Assembly: GCF_048593235.1 (NCBI RefSeq)
Contig: NC_133622.1
Span: 244,284,055-244,348,054, forward strand
Length of the DNA stretch: 64,000 bases
From: Sminthopsis crassicaudata
Taxonomy: Eukaryota
Reading direction: 5' to 3'
Shown: positions 38,931 to 52,728 of the stretch, piece after piece
How positions within the stretch are numbered: the stretch's first letter is position 1
Layout of the letters: every line of letters begins with the position of its first letter
Translations under genes and position numbers: made by a program
Notes under the pieces: model-generated
What the model saw: only the letters and a program-made list of their open reading frames with translations
Told to the model about the DNA's origin: nothing
Database searches by the model: none

Positions 38931-40933
38931 AGAGCCTCGTATAGAGATCAGGAGACTGGGATTACCATCCCAGTTTGGTTACTGAACAAAGTATATAACT
39001 CTGGGGTAAGGTACTAAGCAGTGGTTCCCATATATATAGTTCCTCACTTGGCCCTTCTTTTTTTTCAACCAACATTTATTAATCATTTTCATAGGAGAAC
39101 CTGATACCATAAAGCTCCAATATTGTCTTCAAAGAGTTTCTAGTCTGGCGTCATTCCAGAATAAGTTCATTTCTTTTTTTTTTTTTTTTTTTATTGACAG
39201 GGGCTGGTTGACTTTTTCTGAGCTAAAAATTTCAGCTCCCAAGGGATATGGTAAAATATGGGAACATCATATAATTATATTGTTTCTCAATTTGGACATT
39301 TGGACAAGATGGTTCTTAAAGTGCCTTCTAGCACCAAATCTTCTGACTCTATGAGGGTGATACAATAGATTTGGAGTCAGAGGACCTAGATGTAGATCCT
39401 GCCTACTATTTACTTTTGCACATTGTTTTCTCCATTAGAGTATGATTTACTTAACAGTAGGACTTTTTTTGTTTTTGGCTTTTATTTTTATTTTCAGTGC
39501 TTTTCAGTTTCTGAATAATCGCAGGTACTTAATAAATATTAAACAATTTTCTCTTTTCTTGTAGGTGACTTTAGGATGTTCCTTTATTTCTTTTGACCTC
39601 AATTTTGTCATGTGAAAATGAGAGATTTGAAGTAGATCATAGGTTTCCCGGTGGCTTTGCCTGCCTTGAGTCTTTCCCCACTTCAATCCATCCTCTATTT
39701 AGTCATTAAAACACTCTCCTTAAAGTGGGGTCCTTTTATATTCCTATACAACCCACAGTCAATAACTGCTGTGGCTCTCTATGGTTTCTGGGAGCAAATA
39801 CAGACTTTTCTACTTGCCACCCAAAACCCTTGATAACAAATCTTTGCTACCTTTTCAGTCTTTTTACACTTTACTCCTCAATATTTAGTCTTTGATCCTG
39901 TGATCATGTTCTTCTAATTGTTCCATTAACAAGAAACTCTTCCTTTTGGCTCCATATATTTTCTGTTTCTGCCCTCAGTACCTGCAATTGTCCCTCATCT
40001 CCTCTTCTGGGGACCTCCTTAAGCTTTCTTTAAGTCTCAACTGAAATCTCCCCTTTTACTGGAAACCTTCCCTACCCCCAATTAATTCTATTACTTTTCT
40101 TTTGTTAATAATTTTTTATTTATATGTAAAACTTGCTTATATGTATTTATTTGTGTTTTTTTTCCCCTTAATAGTCTGTAAGGTCCTTGAAGGTAGAGAC
40201 TGTGTTTTGTCTCATTTTATAGCTTCACTATTTAGCACATTGCCTAAACATAATAGGTGCTTAATAAATGTTGATGAATTGCTTGGTTGACTAGAGATCT
40301 GTTCTCAGTGGCTGGGATATCTGGGTTGAAGTTCTACTTCTACTGTATTCTTTCTTGAGTACCTGGGGAAACATTTCCCCCTTTTTCTCTAGCAAAAGCA
40401 ATCATGTCAGTATTCTCATTTTTTCTGGAAAGATCATTCTACTCATTGATTGGCATGTAGTTCTACTCAATTATCATTTGAATCCCACTGGGAAAAACTC
40501 TCCTTCTTACAGTCCTCTTTATGTCCTGTCTGTCTTATTAGAACTTAATTCGTGAGTCACTTAGGCAGAAAATATGCGAGACAGAGGATTTTCAATACAT
40601 AATATATAAGGTTCCTTCCAGATTTAATTCATGTTCCTATCATGCTATATTCCCTAAGTAGAGAATTGAAGGATATGCCAGGGAATATAGAGTGCCATTT
40701 GAAAATGGGCTAAGTCTTTATGAAAAGTTTGTATTTTTATCCTCATTTGGTCTCACAGATGTAGGGTTGCAAAAAATATGACAATTTGAACTCAATAAAT
40801 TTGTTAGATGACAAGCATTTATTAAACAAACAAAAAAACTAAGCATATATAAACTGTGGGAAATGATGCATTGGAGCTGTGCTTTTTAAGGGCTCTATTT
40901 CTTAGCAATCATGGAGTCTCTTAGCCTCCACCT

Positions 40934-41896
40934 TCACAGGTTCTCAGAGGCTGCCTTCTTGCTCATGGCTTTTTTCAGAGCATCTTTGACATCCTTGTTT
41001 CTTAATGTATAAATGACAGGATTGAGGAGGGGAGTGACAAAGGTATAGACCAAGGCAATATGCCTATCTTCATCTGCAGGAGTGTTTGATGGGGGTCGAA
41101 AGTAGACCAAACTGCCACAGCCATATTGTAGCAGGACCACAGTGAGATGGGAAGAGCAGGTGGAGAAGGCTCGCTGGCGCCCCTCAGCTGAAGGAATGTT
41201 CAAAATGGCGATGGTAATGAAGACATAGGAAATGCAGATGAGCAGGAAGGGGGTGGTCAGTACAAGGATGCCCATCACATAAAGAACAGCTTGTGGCACA
41301 CGAGTGTCAGCACAAGCTAGCTGCAGGACAGGTGGTACATCACAGAAGAAATGGTTGATCTCCAAAAAGCGTCAACAGAAGGGCAGGGTGAAGACCAATG
41401 ATGTGAGTGGCAGTGAAAGAAAAAGAGCCAGACCCAGGCAACCAGCCACCATTTGGGTACACAGCTGTGGGGTCATGATGAGAGTGTATTGTAGGGGATG
41501 GCAGATGGCCACATAGCGGTCATATGCCATGACAGCCAATAGGAAACAGTCAGTGCTACCTAGGGTGGCGAAAAAGAACATTTGAGTTGCACAACCACCC
41601 AATGGGATGGGTTTCCTTTCCCCCATAATGTTGGAGAGCATCAGTGGTACCAAAGTAGTGGTATAACAGATCTCCAGGAAGGACAGGTTGGACAGGAAGA
41701 AGTACATGGGGGTTTGCAGGGAGATGTTTGTGTACACAGCCCAGATAATGGCAGCATTCCCACAGAGAATCATTACATAGAGAAAAAGGAAGAAGCAGAA
41801 GAGCAGGACCTGAATCTTGGGGGAAGAAGTGAACACCCTGAATACAAATTCAGTGGGACCAGATTGGTTGAGATGAATAATAGCAGAAGAAGACAT
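40934..41896 (-). pseudogene. OR10Q1-like gene with a single premature stop (codon 175 GGA>TGA), otherwise intact 320-codon frame (copy 4)
   Basis: The two track ORFs are in the same frame: PFC*RFLEINHFF; TGA at 41374-41372 where copies 3 and 5 have GGA; acceptor and downstream motifs intact. Confidence 0.93.
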
Positions 41897-43039
41897 GTCA
41901 CCTATCAAAGAAAAATAGAAAGTCAAACTCCATTACAGCATTTACCTGATAATGCCATTAACACTCAATGTTTTTTTTTTTTTTTTTTTTCCTAGAGTCA
42001 TAGATAGATGGATAGAATTTTGGACTTTCAGTATTTATTAAAGATCCTTTGACAGAAATTATTTTATGTTTTTGGTCCTCAATTCCATCTGTTCAAGAAG
42101 GGTGTAAACTTTTATGACTTCTGTTGTACCACTTTTCTCTTACAGTCTCATAATGTATATTTTCAATGTAAAATTCTCTGTGTTAAGGCTCCCACCATTG
42201 TATTTGAAATGGTAAGTTGTCTTGACAAGGCAGTTGATTAGCTTTGTTGGGTTAACAGTGAGTGGTTCTAACTTTTAACAATAAAGATCATGAGCTCTTA
42301 TCTTGAGGGATCTTCCCAATATTACTTAACTGCTGAATATAATTTGCTTTTAAAGAGGTTATATGCACTGAGATGTTTTAGAAAAGATAGAGATTAGAAG
42401 AAAAAAGCCACTTTGGAAACCAAGAAGTACATGCTATCTTTCATATAATGAGGTCTTTGAAGGGCCTAAAGTAGATTTAAAAGTAGTTGTTACAAAACAC
42501 TCCCCCTTAATCAAGCATTTATCCTTATCCACTCTCATTTGAACATATGGAGATATGTACGAGAAAAATCTCTAGGAATAATTGACTCCAACTTCATCGT
42601 CAAAGGGAATAAGGAAATCAAGCAAAGAATGTAATTCATGAGGTGATACTTTCTGGGCTTGGATGTCCTTTTCTTTACTGACATAACCACCAAGCTTACT
42701 TCTGAGAGTGACATTGTTTAATGAATTTTACACAAACTCCCTAGATCAGTTGGGTCAGCATTTTGTAGGATGAGATCTATTGGCTGTTGGATCTCTATTA
42801 TGGTGTAATGTATCAAGTTGGCCAATTACTATGGCTTCCAGCTATAGTAGTCCTTTAGGACACTTGACATGGTTCTTCTGATCCTTTCAATTTCATGAGT
42901 TTATCACTGGATTCATCTTATCTCCAAATTAACTGTCACCTAAGATGAGGAAAAAATAAATTATAAAAATGGCACCATGAACTCAAAGACACATGGCAGT
43001 TGGGAAAAGATATGGCAGCATGGCCCTATTCCTATACTT

Positions 43040-43291
43040 NNNNNNNNNNNNNNNNNNNNNNNNNNNNNNNNNNNNNNNNNNNNNNNNNNNNNNNNNNNNN
43101 NNNNNNNNNNNNNNNNNNNNNNNNNNNNNNNNNNNNNNNNNNNNNNNNNNNNNNNNNNNNNNNNNNNNNNNNNNNNNNNNNNNNNNNNNNNNNNNNNNNN
43201 NNNNNNNNNNNNNNNNNNNNNNNNNNNNNNNNNNNNNNNNNNNNNNNNNNNNNNNNNNNNNNNNNNNNNNNNNNNNNNNNNNNNNNNNNNN
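43040..43291. other. Assembly gap (N run)
   Basis: 252 N. Confidence 0.99.
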
Positions 43292-44897
43292 AATCATGTA
43301 TTTGCACACTCTGTTCTCAATGAAAAGATTTATATTACTCAGCAATCAACTAAAAGATTTTTCTTTACTAGCTACTATATCAAATGAGCATAGAGTATTT
43401 TTTTCATATTCTGAATTGGGGGGAACTGAAATCTTTTACACATACTTAGATGTATGTTTACTAACCCAATATGATTTACAGTGGCTGAAGGCAGAGAATA
43501 TTGTGTCTGCTTTAGATAATTCAAGAAAAGCAAATCCACAAATGTTCTAAGGACTGGGCACTTACTGGTCAATACTAATTACATTAGCGCTGATATTCTG
43601 TATTCTATGTTCTTAGTTTCCTTCAAAATATGATTTTGGTATAATTTCATTCTTTCAATTACTTTATTGTTATTGTAATATTTCATCTAGAAAATTAAAA
43701 AATAACAGTCTCTGGAATAAATTATACATTAGTATTATACAATTACACTTTATTTTTAGATATCTTTAAATGTAAAATAGACATTTATGTCTCTGAGCGA
43801 GTTCAGATGTACTAAGAGTAGAGAAAGAAAATTAAAAAACCAAAAATCTCTTGTTACAGTAATACTCTTCAATATGAAACACTAGAGATGAACTATGGAA
43901 AATACTGAAATCAATTGTAATGCCATTAAACTATCTGCAAAATTAATGAGATGCATCACTTTTTATCTGGATTGTTTGGATACTTCTATAATTTATGGAC
44001 TAGGATTCAATTAATTATTCTAAATGCTGCCAAACTTGCCATATCTTGTCATGCAATAACACTGTTTTCTGGCAGAATATGCCAGTGAAGAATTGTCTGG
44101 AAACTTCTCTCCCGCCCCCCGCCCCCCTCCCTGGTCAAAGCTGGAAAGATAAAACTTGAGTAAAGCTCCAATGATGGACGTCATGTGTGTTCATTGTTTG
44201 AATATCAGTTTCCCTAAATCTGGAAGGGCTCAAAACCAGGTTAGCTAAGGGCATGACACTTGTTAACAATGACAACCCTTAAAAAGAATGTGTCAAATCA
44301 CAGGAAGGTTGTCATCTGTGATCAACGGATGGGATCCTTTCAGTGAAAAACCCAGCTTTCAAGGAAATTCATCAAAATAACTTCTAGGACTTACAGTCAG
44401 GGAATTTTGAGTAAGTCCTTAGCTAAGTTGGACCGCTGTCCTATGGGATGAGGTCTATCGGCTGTTGGATCTATGCAATGCTTGCCTGGGTCAAGCCAAT
44501 CTATTACTGCTGCTACCATCTACACTAGTCTCTACCACTCTCATCTGTAGATGGCACAAGCTTATCACCTGAGTCATTCTATCTCCAGATTAACATTCAC
44601 CTAAGATGAGGAAATAAGAAAGCATAGAAAGGCACCATGCCTTTGGTGCCTTAGAAAGATCAGGTGACTATTCTAAGAAGGAAAATGTGTAAAAGAAAAA
44701 TGCTCATACACAGACTATTGTCATTTGCAGAGGAAGATTGTCAAAGTGTCAAAGATTTTGTTCAAGGTTAGCTCACCAGGAAATTATGATGGCAGGATTT
44801 TAGTCTAGTACTTCTGACTGTAAGATGAATATAGTAAAAGTCTCCTCATGCTGCTAAAAAGATGAAGACAGAAGAAGCAGCAGAAGCAAAAGAAGGA

Positions 44898-45034
44898 NNN
44901 NNNNNNNNNNNNNNNNNNNNNNNNNNNNNNNNNNNNNNNNNNNNNNNNNNNNNNNNNNNNNNNNNNNNNNNNNNNNNNNNNNNNNNNNNNNNNNNNNNNN
45001 NNNNNNNNNNNNNNNNNNNNNNNNNNNNNNNNNN
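44898..45034. other. Assembly gap (N run)
   Basis: 137 N. Confidence 0.99.
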
Positions 45035-46458
45035 CCTCTTGGATTCCCTCTGCCAAATGCTCCTCATATTGGAAATTTGGATCCCCAGGGAGTGGCTGAA
45101 CCCTTGTCTCCTCCAGGGCCTAGGGGTAACCCTGAGGGGTTGGGATTTCCAGTATGCTTGCTCATGAGCCATCATTCCCTAGTTTCTCCATTGTTGACCA
45201 GACAGTTGACATTAATTAGATTTCACAAAAGCATGCTAACTGGGAAGGCAGAGCAAGCAGAGTAGTTCTAAAATAATTCTCTCAAACAAAGAGATATTCT
45301 TTCCTTGTGTACACACAGAGCCTTTGAGGAGAGTCCAAATGTAACCATAATTATAACAATAATTATATCAATGATAAAACTAATGCTTCTACGTTTGCCA
45401 AGGACTTAATAAATATTGTTTTCTTTTGTCCTCACAAAACTCAGGGAGATAGGTGCTATTTTTACCCCCGTTTTAAAGATGAAAAAAAGGCAAGGAGAGA
45501 TTAAGTGACTTGTTTTGGATGACATGATTAATAAGTATCTCAGTATATTAAGATCTTCCTGCTTCCAATTTCAGTTGTCTATGAAGTATACCAGTTAGGT
45601 CTGATACAAGGTAGCCGTGGGAAAGATTTATGAGACTCCCAGAGAAATTTATAATGACAAACGTTCCAGTTCTTAAAAATAGTTGTCTTAGTTCATCAAC
45701 GGCATGTTTCCAGTATATCATTATGAGTCAAAGGTCTAAATCTCAGACCCTTTAAAATATTAATTTTTTTTTACTTTTTACTGCATCATATTGCACTAAT
45801 CACTTTTCTTTCCCAGTTCTGTTATCTAAATGAAATGAAGAAGTTGGAATAGATTATATGTATGCTGTTTTTTAGTTTTGACCCTTGGGATCCTGTGACA
45901 GTGATACTTTTTTTGAACCCAGAAAAGATGAAAGGACAGAAGTATGTATTTGGAAGCAAGTATCAATGGTGAGACGTCAACCATTAGGACATATAGACCT
46001 GACTTGGCTATTACTATGGAGGGCATTATCATTCTAGTCATCCAGGCTTCTGCAGAAGATGATATCAATTATTCATTTTCTCTCACTGTTTATATCCAAT
46101 TATTTGCCATGTCCCCTCATTTTGACCTTCAGAATTCAAGGTCAAATCTTTGAATTTTTTAAAGCCTTTGTTATCCTGATCCCTTCTTATCTTTCCAGGC
46201 TTCATACACATTATATTCTGCCACATATTTTAGGGTTTTCTTTCCTTGCTATTCTTCCCAAATGACACTCCAGTTTCCCACTTGGAACATTTTCTTTGGT
46301 TGCCCCTTAAAATTGGAATACTTTCTCTTTCTTCATTTTTATTTCCTGAATTCTCTGGCTTTCATCATTTTAAATAACATTAAAGGACTTGAGAATGAAG
46401 CATGATTTTCACTTCTCAAGACACATGGCAAATAATTTGTATGGAAAGAGGTATGTAA

Positions 46459-46552
46459 GGGCAGCTAAGTGGCCTAGTGGCCTGGGTGGTCTCAGACACT
46501 TAACAATTCCTAGCTGTGTGACCCTGGGCAAGTCACTTAACCCCAATTGTCT

Positions 46553-46584
<32 letters not shown>

Positions 46585-46600
46585 GAAAGAAAGAAAGAAA
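46459..46600 (+). mobile_element. WSINE1-type SINE with internal deletion
   Basis: GGGCAGCTAAGTGGC joined to GGTCTCAGACACTTAAC...CCCCAATTGTCTCAGC plus A-tail; approximate TSD GAGG(T/C)ATGT; empty site at ~34140. Confidence 0.85.
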
Positions 46601-47626
46601 TGAGGCATGTGCTTTCAGACATATAAAATAAATTTATTTTTTACTTGATTAAAATATAATTTAAGGAAATGTTCTATTATGGCAGCTGGGAAGTCATTGA
46701 GAAATGATGGTGATGTAAATAAAAAAAGGAAGAATATCAACAAAATTCTTTTGAAAGAAAATCAGGGTCTTTTAGATGTAATGTATGGGACACAAAAAGA
46801 AAACTAAAATAGTTCCATTAATTATACTGAGAACCAGTGATTGTTTCAGTTTCTTAAAATTGTATCACAAAGGACTGTTCTGCTCCTCTGATCTATGATC
46901 CAGAAATTCTGGGTTAAAATCCCTAATCTGTATACCCAATTAGCTGTTTGACTTTATACAGATTTATTCCCAATTCTGAGCCCTTGTATCTTTGTCTAGA
47001 AATGAGGAATATAAGCTCCATGCTTCTTAAAGTCTCTTCTGAAACCCATGGATTCCCTGACCCATATCTCACAGATTTTTCCTGGTGATAAAGCATCATA
47101 TTTGTCCAAATCTATGGTGCTTTGTCTGTAGGAAGAGCTTGATGGATAGCTTTCAAGTGAACTTCTATAATGGAAGCTTCAGGGTAACACAAATTCCCTG
47201 AGTGTTCAAGTGGTGGCTGCAAAAAACTATGGAGACTATGAGATAATTCCCCTCTATAGTTAGAGTTCATTAATTTTGCATTTATTGAAGAGTAGGAACA
47301 CATGATAGACAATGAAGAGGTAACCAGAAAATGGCCCGAGACAGGCCCTCTCTGCATTGGACAGCTCTTCTATGGAGGACATGTCAGAATATTGTCAAAC
47401 ATGGTACTTGATGAAAAGCCATATCTGGTATTTCATCTGCACATGTAGTGTTCAATTCCTTTCTCAGCATGGTGGCAGAGCAAACCATTCTGGGTTTGGA
47501 GTTGGATGGTAGTGTTTTAAATACCACTTCTGAATGAATTATCTCTTTTTTAAGTAAAAAGATTAGACTATTTGACTTCTTAAGTGCTTTAGAATTCTAA
47601 ACCTATACTTTTATGATTTTATTTAT

Positions 47627-47772
47627 NNNNNNNNNNNNNNNNNNNNNNNNNNNNNNNNNNNNNNNNNNNNNNNNNNNNNNNNNNNNNNNNNNNNNNNNNN
47701 NNNNNNNNNNNNNNNNNNNNNNNNNNNNNNNNNNNNNNNNNNNNNNNNNNNNNNNNNNNNNNNNNNNNNNNN
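47627..47772. other. Assembly gap (N run)
   Basis: 146 N. Confidence 0.99.
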
Positions 47773-47904
47773 AGGCAAGTAGGATTAAATGACTTGCCCA
47801 GGGTCACACAGCTAGGAAGTGTTAAATGTCTGAGCCCAAATTTGAACTCAGGTCCTTCTGACTTCAGGGCTCATGCTTTATGCTCTATGCCATCAAGCTG
47901 CCCC
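47773..47904 (-). mobile_element. WSINE1-type SINE (tail in gap)
   Basis: GACTTGCCCAGGGTCACACAGCTAGGAAGTG...TTTGAACTCAGG...AGCTGCCCC. Confidence 0.88.
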
Positions 47905-48944
47905 ACTTTTATGATTTGATAAGAATAAAGATTTTTACATCTTTACATTATCTTCTGGACAATGGGCTGGGGACTTTAGTTTTAGACTTTTCTAAGAAAA
48001 ATCAAGATTGTAGCAACCTCCTATATCACAAGTGTCCTTGGTCCTGTCCAGAGGGAATCAGCTTGCTCATTCATTAGTAAAGCTAGGCTTGGCTATTCAG
48101 TTTGCTTGTTAGCTTCTTCCAGACAGCTGGAATTATCTGAATCTACACAGGATTGTCAGAGATTGGAACTTCTACAGGAGCTGTATATACCACCTGAAAA
48201 GCACTAAACCCTTACAAATATTCATCGAATGTCTATTACATGTTCTCCAACATGTTTGGAGCTGCATGGAATAAAGGGCAGGAGAAATTGCAGGTCTTGT
48301 TCTAAGGATTTTGAATCATATGACATCTGACCAAAGAAAGAATTCTAGAGTAAAGATTCTTAAATTATGGATTATGGGTCTTGAATCTGAATTTAGGGGT
48401 CACAAATTATGATTTATTGTCAGTAAGTGTTTAATTTGAATATCTATCTTTATATATGAATACAGCTGGGGTCACATAAACATTTCTTGTGTGAAAAGGG
48501 GTCTTGGGTATAAAAAGCTTAAAAGGATAGTGCTGAAAGAAATATCGAAACATTGAACATGGAGTACATCCAAGCTGAAATGAGATCACAAGCATTTATT
48601 AAGTGCCTACTGAGCACCATGAACTAAATTGTGTGAAGCATATACCAAGCATTGATTCCAATTTTCACACTTTATGGTGAAAAATGTGAGCTGTAGAAAG
48701 GACAAGTAATATAGTAACTTGGTATAGAACTGAGGGATCGTGAATTCCAGTTGGGTATTCTTTTGTTTACATCAGTCACTTGGCATAAATAGTATTTATT
48801 TTCTTATTCAAGGAAAGGGAAAATTTAGAATGCAGAAAAGAGTTTTAATGTGGCATAGTGGAAAGATCTGAGACCCAGTTAGATCAAGTAATACATCTAT
48901 GACTCAATGGTTCTAGACCATTACAAAAAAAGAACTTACAAAAA

Positions 48945-48945
<1 letters not shown>

Positions 48946-49011
<66 letters not shown>
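48946..49011. repeat. (TC)n microsatellite, ~33 units
   Basis: Read directly. Confidence 0.97.
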
Positions 49012-49018
<7 letters not shown>

Positions 49019-49644
49019 GTTAAAGTAGAGTGATTATGCAGGTGCTTGAAAATATTCATCATCTCTTACATAACAACAAATAAAACAACTACCATTTGCG
49101 TAGCTTTTAGTTTTACAAAATGATTTGCCTTTTTAAATGGGTTTCAGTAATATATGACATCTCTGAAATCCTTTCTGCATAAAGCTCATGTAGAAGTAGA
49201 CAGGATATTTGATGGCTATTACTAAGATGGTGATGCTAGAAAAGCTCAGTTTGGTGGATAAGATTCCAGATTTGCCATTGGAGGATACTATTTCAACCTT
49301 ATCTTTTCTCAAAAAGTAACTTCACCTCTATAGATCTCCAATTTCTCCTCATAAAACAAGAGGGTTAGATTAAATCTGTGGTTCTTGATTTCAAGTCTAT
49401 GAACTTTTTTCACATTTCAGTAACATTATTTCAATATAAGAAGGTTCTTTTGTGTTCTTATTTGTTTTGTTTCATTTAAATATGTGATATTCAAGAGTTA
49501 GAAATTCATTAATGTAACCAGTTTTCCAAAGGGGTCCATGATGCTAAAAATTGTTAAGGACTCCATGGCATAAAATCTCTAAGGTTACCATCTAATTATG
49601 ATCCTTAGCTAGACAACTAAATGAAAATTAAAAAAAAAAAGTCA

Positions 49645-50380
49645 TATTCCTTACCACCATCCAGTGCCTCCGACTCCATGAGTTAGGCTCTGATCCAAAG
49701 ACTATCTTGGACATATAGTGTTTTGGCTTCAGTCCTCTCAGAAAACACATCAATTGTCTTTGATGTCTTTGCTTTGAATTCATTGGAATGAAGGCCCATG
49801 GCTTTCCAAGAGAGCAGAATTTCTGCAGAATACCAAGAGAGGTATTTTCTTGGCTGGCACTTCTATTCTATGCCTCGGCTTTCTGGCTAGATTTCATTCA
49901 GTTGAAGATGAGGAAAGACTTAGATAACCCTTTATTACCTTACGACCTACAGAGTTGACACCTTTGGTGCTTGAAAGATAGTCAGTAATATCACAGTCTT
50001 CCTTGATATAGTTCCGGGTGCTCTCCACATTAAGTATCCCCAAAAGTACAAGTTCTAATATATCCCTTAATAATGTAGCCCTGGCTACTTTGGCAAGATT
50101 ATTTAGTGTCTTCTTTACCTACTCTCTCAGGGGAAGGGTTTGCTAAAATATGGGAGTATTCCCAACGGATCTCACTAAGTGAATCACAAGCAAGATTAAT
50201 GGGCACTCAAACTTTCCTGTTTTTTACATGGAACCAAAAGTGATATCAAGGGACTCATAGAAAGGACTCTCATTCTTCTGTCCTTCCCTCCCTTTCAGCA
50301 GGCAATTTCTGAGGCCCTTATCCAGGATATCTTAGTAGTGGGTAGTGGTGAAACATGGGATTATCCCAGCATGGGCAAGA
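49645..50380 (-). promoter_or_regulatory. Putative promoter/non-coding 5' exon block for OR copy 4
   Basis: Donor TG|GTAAGG at 49655/49654; TCTCAGGGGA at 50125; CAAGATTAATGGGCACT at 50191-50207. Confidence 0.6.
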
Positions 50381-50645
50381 GTCCAGTTTTGGGAGTCAGG
50401 AGACTGGGCCTGAACAAAATGTGTAACCCTAGAATGAGATACTAAGCTTTTGTAGTTGGATAGAGATGCCCTCCTTTGTATAGATTCTCACTTGGCTATA
50501 TTTTTTTCAACCAATATTAGTGTAAATATTTATTAAATGAGAGTTAAATAAAGTAATTCTCAGGTGCTGTCTTCAAGCAGTTTATTGTCTGATGTCATGT
50601 CAGATTAAGTATATTTCTTTTTTTGACAAGGGCTGGTTGATTTTT

Positions 50646-50804
50646 CAATTTTATTTATTTATTTTTTTTCCCTGAGGCTGGGGTTAAGTGACTTGCCCAG
50701 GGGCAACACAGCTAGGAAGTGTTAAGTGTCTGAGACCAGATTTGAACTCGGGTCCTCCTGAATTCAAGGCTGGTGCTCTATCCCCTGTGCCTCCTAGCTG
50801 CCCC
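50646..50804 (-). mobile_element. WSINE1-type SINE, full length
   Basis: 13-bp TSD CTGGTTGATTTTT (50633-50645, 50805-50817); empty site at ~39205. Confidence 0.93.
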
Positions 50805-52397
50805 CTGGTTGATTTTTTTGAGTTAAAATTCCAACTCCTAAGAGATGTGATGGGGCCAAAATAAGGGCACATACATAGTCCTACGTCATCACTCAGCTTC
50901 TTCATCTATGTAATGGGCATTTGGACAAGATGATTCCTAAAGTGCCTTCTAGCTCTAAATCCTATGATCCTAAGAGAGTGACGGGATGGCACAGTGGGAA
51001 CAAAAGAAACATTGGAAGTGGAATAAGAGGATATGAGTACAGATCCTGCCTATTTACTTTCTATATGAATCCTACATTCAGCTATTAGATTGATCTTCCT
51101 AAAATGGAAGTCTGACCATGTCACATCCATCTGCCATTTAATAAACACCAAACATCTCCCTATTTTCTTAGGATCCAATCTAAAATCCCTTATTTTCATT
51201 TTCAAAATCTTTCATAACCTTCCCCTCTCTTTGAATCTTTCCATCTTACACCTTCTTTACACTCTTCCAAACAGTGAAGGAAAAACTCTTAATTACAGTC
51301 TTCATTTATACAGTCCAGAGAAATGGTTCTCATTGTTCTCCATACATAATCATCTATCTCCCAGTTTTAATCATTTTCATAGGCTGTCCACCATGCTGGA
51401 CTGGAATGCTCTCACTCCTCTTCTCTGCCATCTGGGTTCCCTGACTTTTTCTACATCTTAATCATAGTCCCATCTTCTGCAATGAGCCTTTGCCAAGTCT
51501 TCTTATTCTTAGTACCTTCCCTCTCACATTAGTCCAGATTGATCCTGAATATTTCTCATTTGTACATAGTTGTTTGCACATTGTCCTTTCCTTTAGATGA
51601 TGGGTTCCTTGAGAACTCTTTGTATCTTTCTTTTTCTTTGTATTTTTAGTGTTAAGCACATTGTCTGAAACATAATACATATTATGAAATACCACATAAT
51701 TTGTTAATTTTTCTAGATGACCTTGGATAGATGCCTTAACTTCTCTTGACCCCAATTTACTCATCTATAAAATAAGGGTTTGGAGTAGATAAATGGCTTT
51801 CTGGTGGCTCTCCCTGATTTAAATCTCTCCCCATTTCAATTCATCTTTTATCCTGTCATTAAAGTGATCTTCCTAAAGTGTGATCTTATAATATCCCTCC
51901 ACACTCAATAAAGTCCAATGGCTTCCTATGGCATCAAGATTATATATAAAATTTTCTGTTTGTTATCCAAAGTCCTTCATAACTTAATTCATTGCTACCA
52001 TTTCAGTCTCTGTATACTCATCAATATTTAATCTTTGATCCAGCGATCCTGGTCTTCTGATTGTCCTTTGTATTTTCTGTGGCTGCCCTTAGTGCATGCA
52101 ATACTTTACTTTCTTTGCTCTACCCGGTGACTTCCTTAACTTTCTTTAAGTCTCAAGTAAAATCTCTTTTACCGGAAACCTTTCCCATCTCCACTTAATG
52201 TTAGTTTTTTCCTTCTGTTAATTGTTTCCAATTTATTCTAGATAAAATTTGTTTGTATATGTTTATTTATCTGAGTTTTTTCTCCCCTATTAATCTATAA
52301 GGTCTTTGAAGTCAGAGATTGTATTTTGCCTTTTTTACATCCTTAATAATTGGCACATTGTCTAGAATGTAATATTTGCTTAATAATTGTTTATAGC

Positions 52398-52540
52398 TGT
52401 ACATATTTAACCTATATCAGATTACTTGCATCCTGAGAAACAGGGTGGTTAGGGAGGGATGGAGAAAAAGTTAGAATACAAAGTTTTACAAAAATGAGTG
52501 TTGACAAGTCTATGTATTTTTGGGAAAAAACTATTGAAAA
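52398..52540 (+). mobile_element. L1 extreme 3' end fragment
   Basis: GTACATATTTAACCTATATCAGATTACTTGC...GGAGAAAAAGTTAGAATACAAAGTTTTACAAAAATGAGTGTTG. Confidence 0.65.
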
Positions 52541-52728
52541 ACAAGAAAAAAAATTTATTGATTAATTGATTAGAGACAACGTCAGAGGCAAGAACAGCTG
52601 TGTGCAAGTTCTTTTTCTGAAACACACTGTCTATATTACCCTAGGTAAGTCATTTCCCCTCCTCTACCTTGTGCTAGGGAAAAAATAATCACATCAGTAT
52701 TTTAATTTCTTCTGGAAAGATCATTGCA

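Larger units (their letters stand above)
29740..40560. repeat. Segmental duplication unit 3 (paralogs ~40790-53150 and ~57790-64000)
   Basis: Collinear blocks: 3' flank GAAACTAAG..TATGAATT.TGGGAAATGAT, CDS, intron blocks, upstream promoter block, L2 remnants. Confidence 0.88.

Noticed and set aside
41366-41374. Apparent frameshift splitting copy 4
   Set aside because: Base counting against copy 5 shows no indel; it is an in-frame nonsense codon.
44620-44646. 9-bp hairpin upstream of the micro-exon acceptor with one compensatory pair in unit 5
   Set aside because: Absent in the other three copies; a single covarying pair is not significant.
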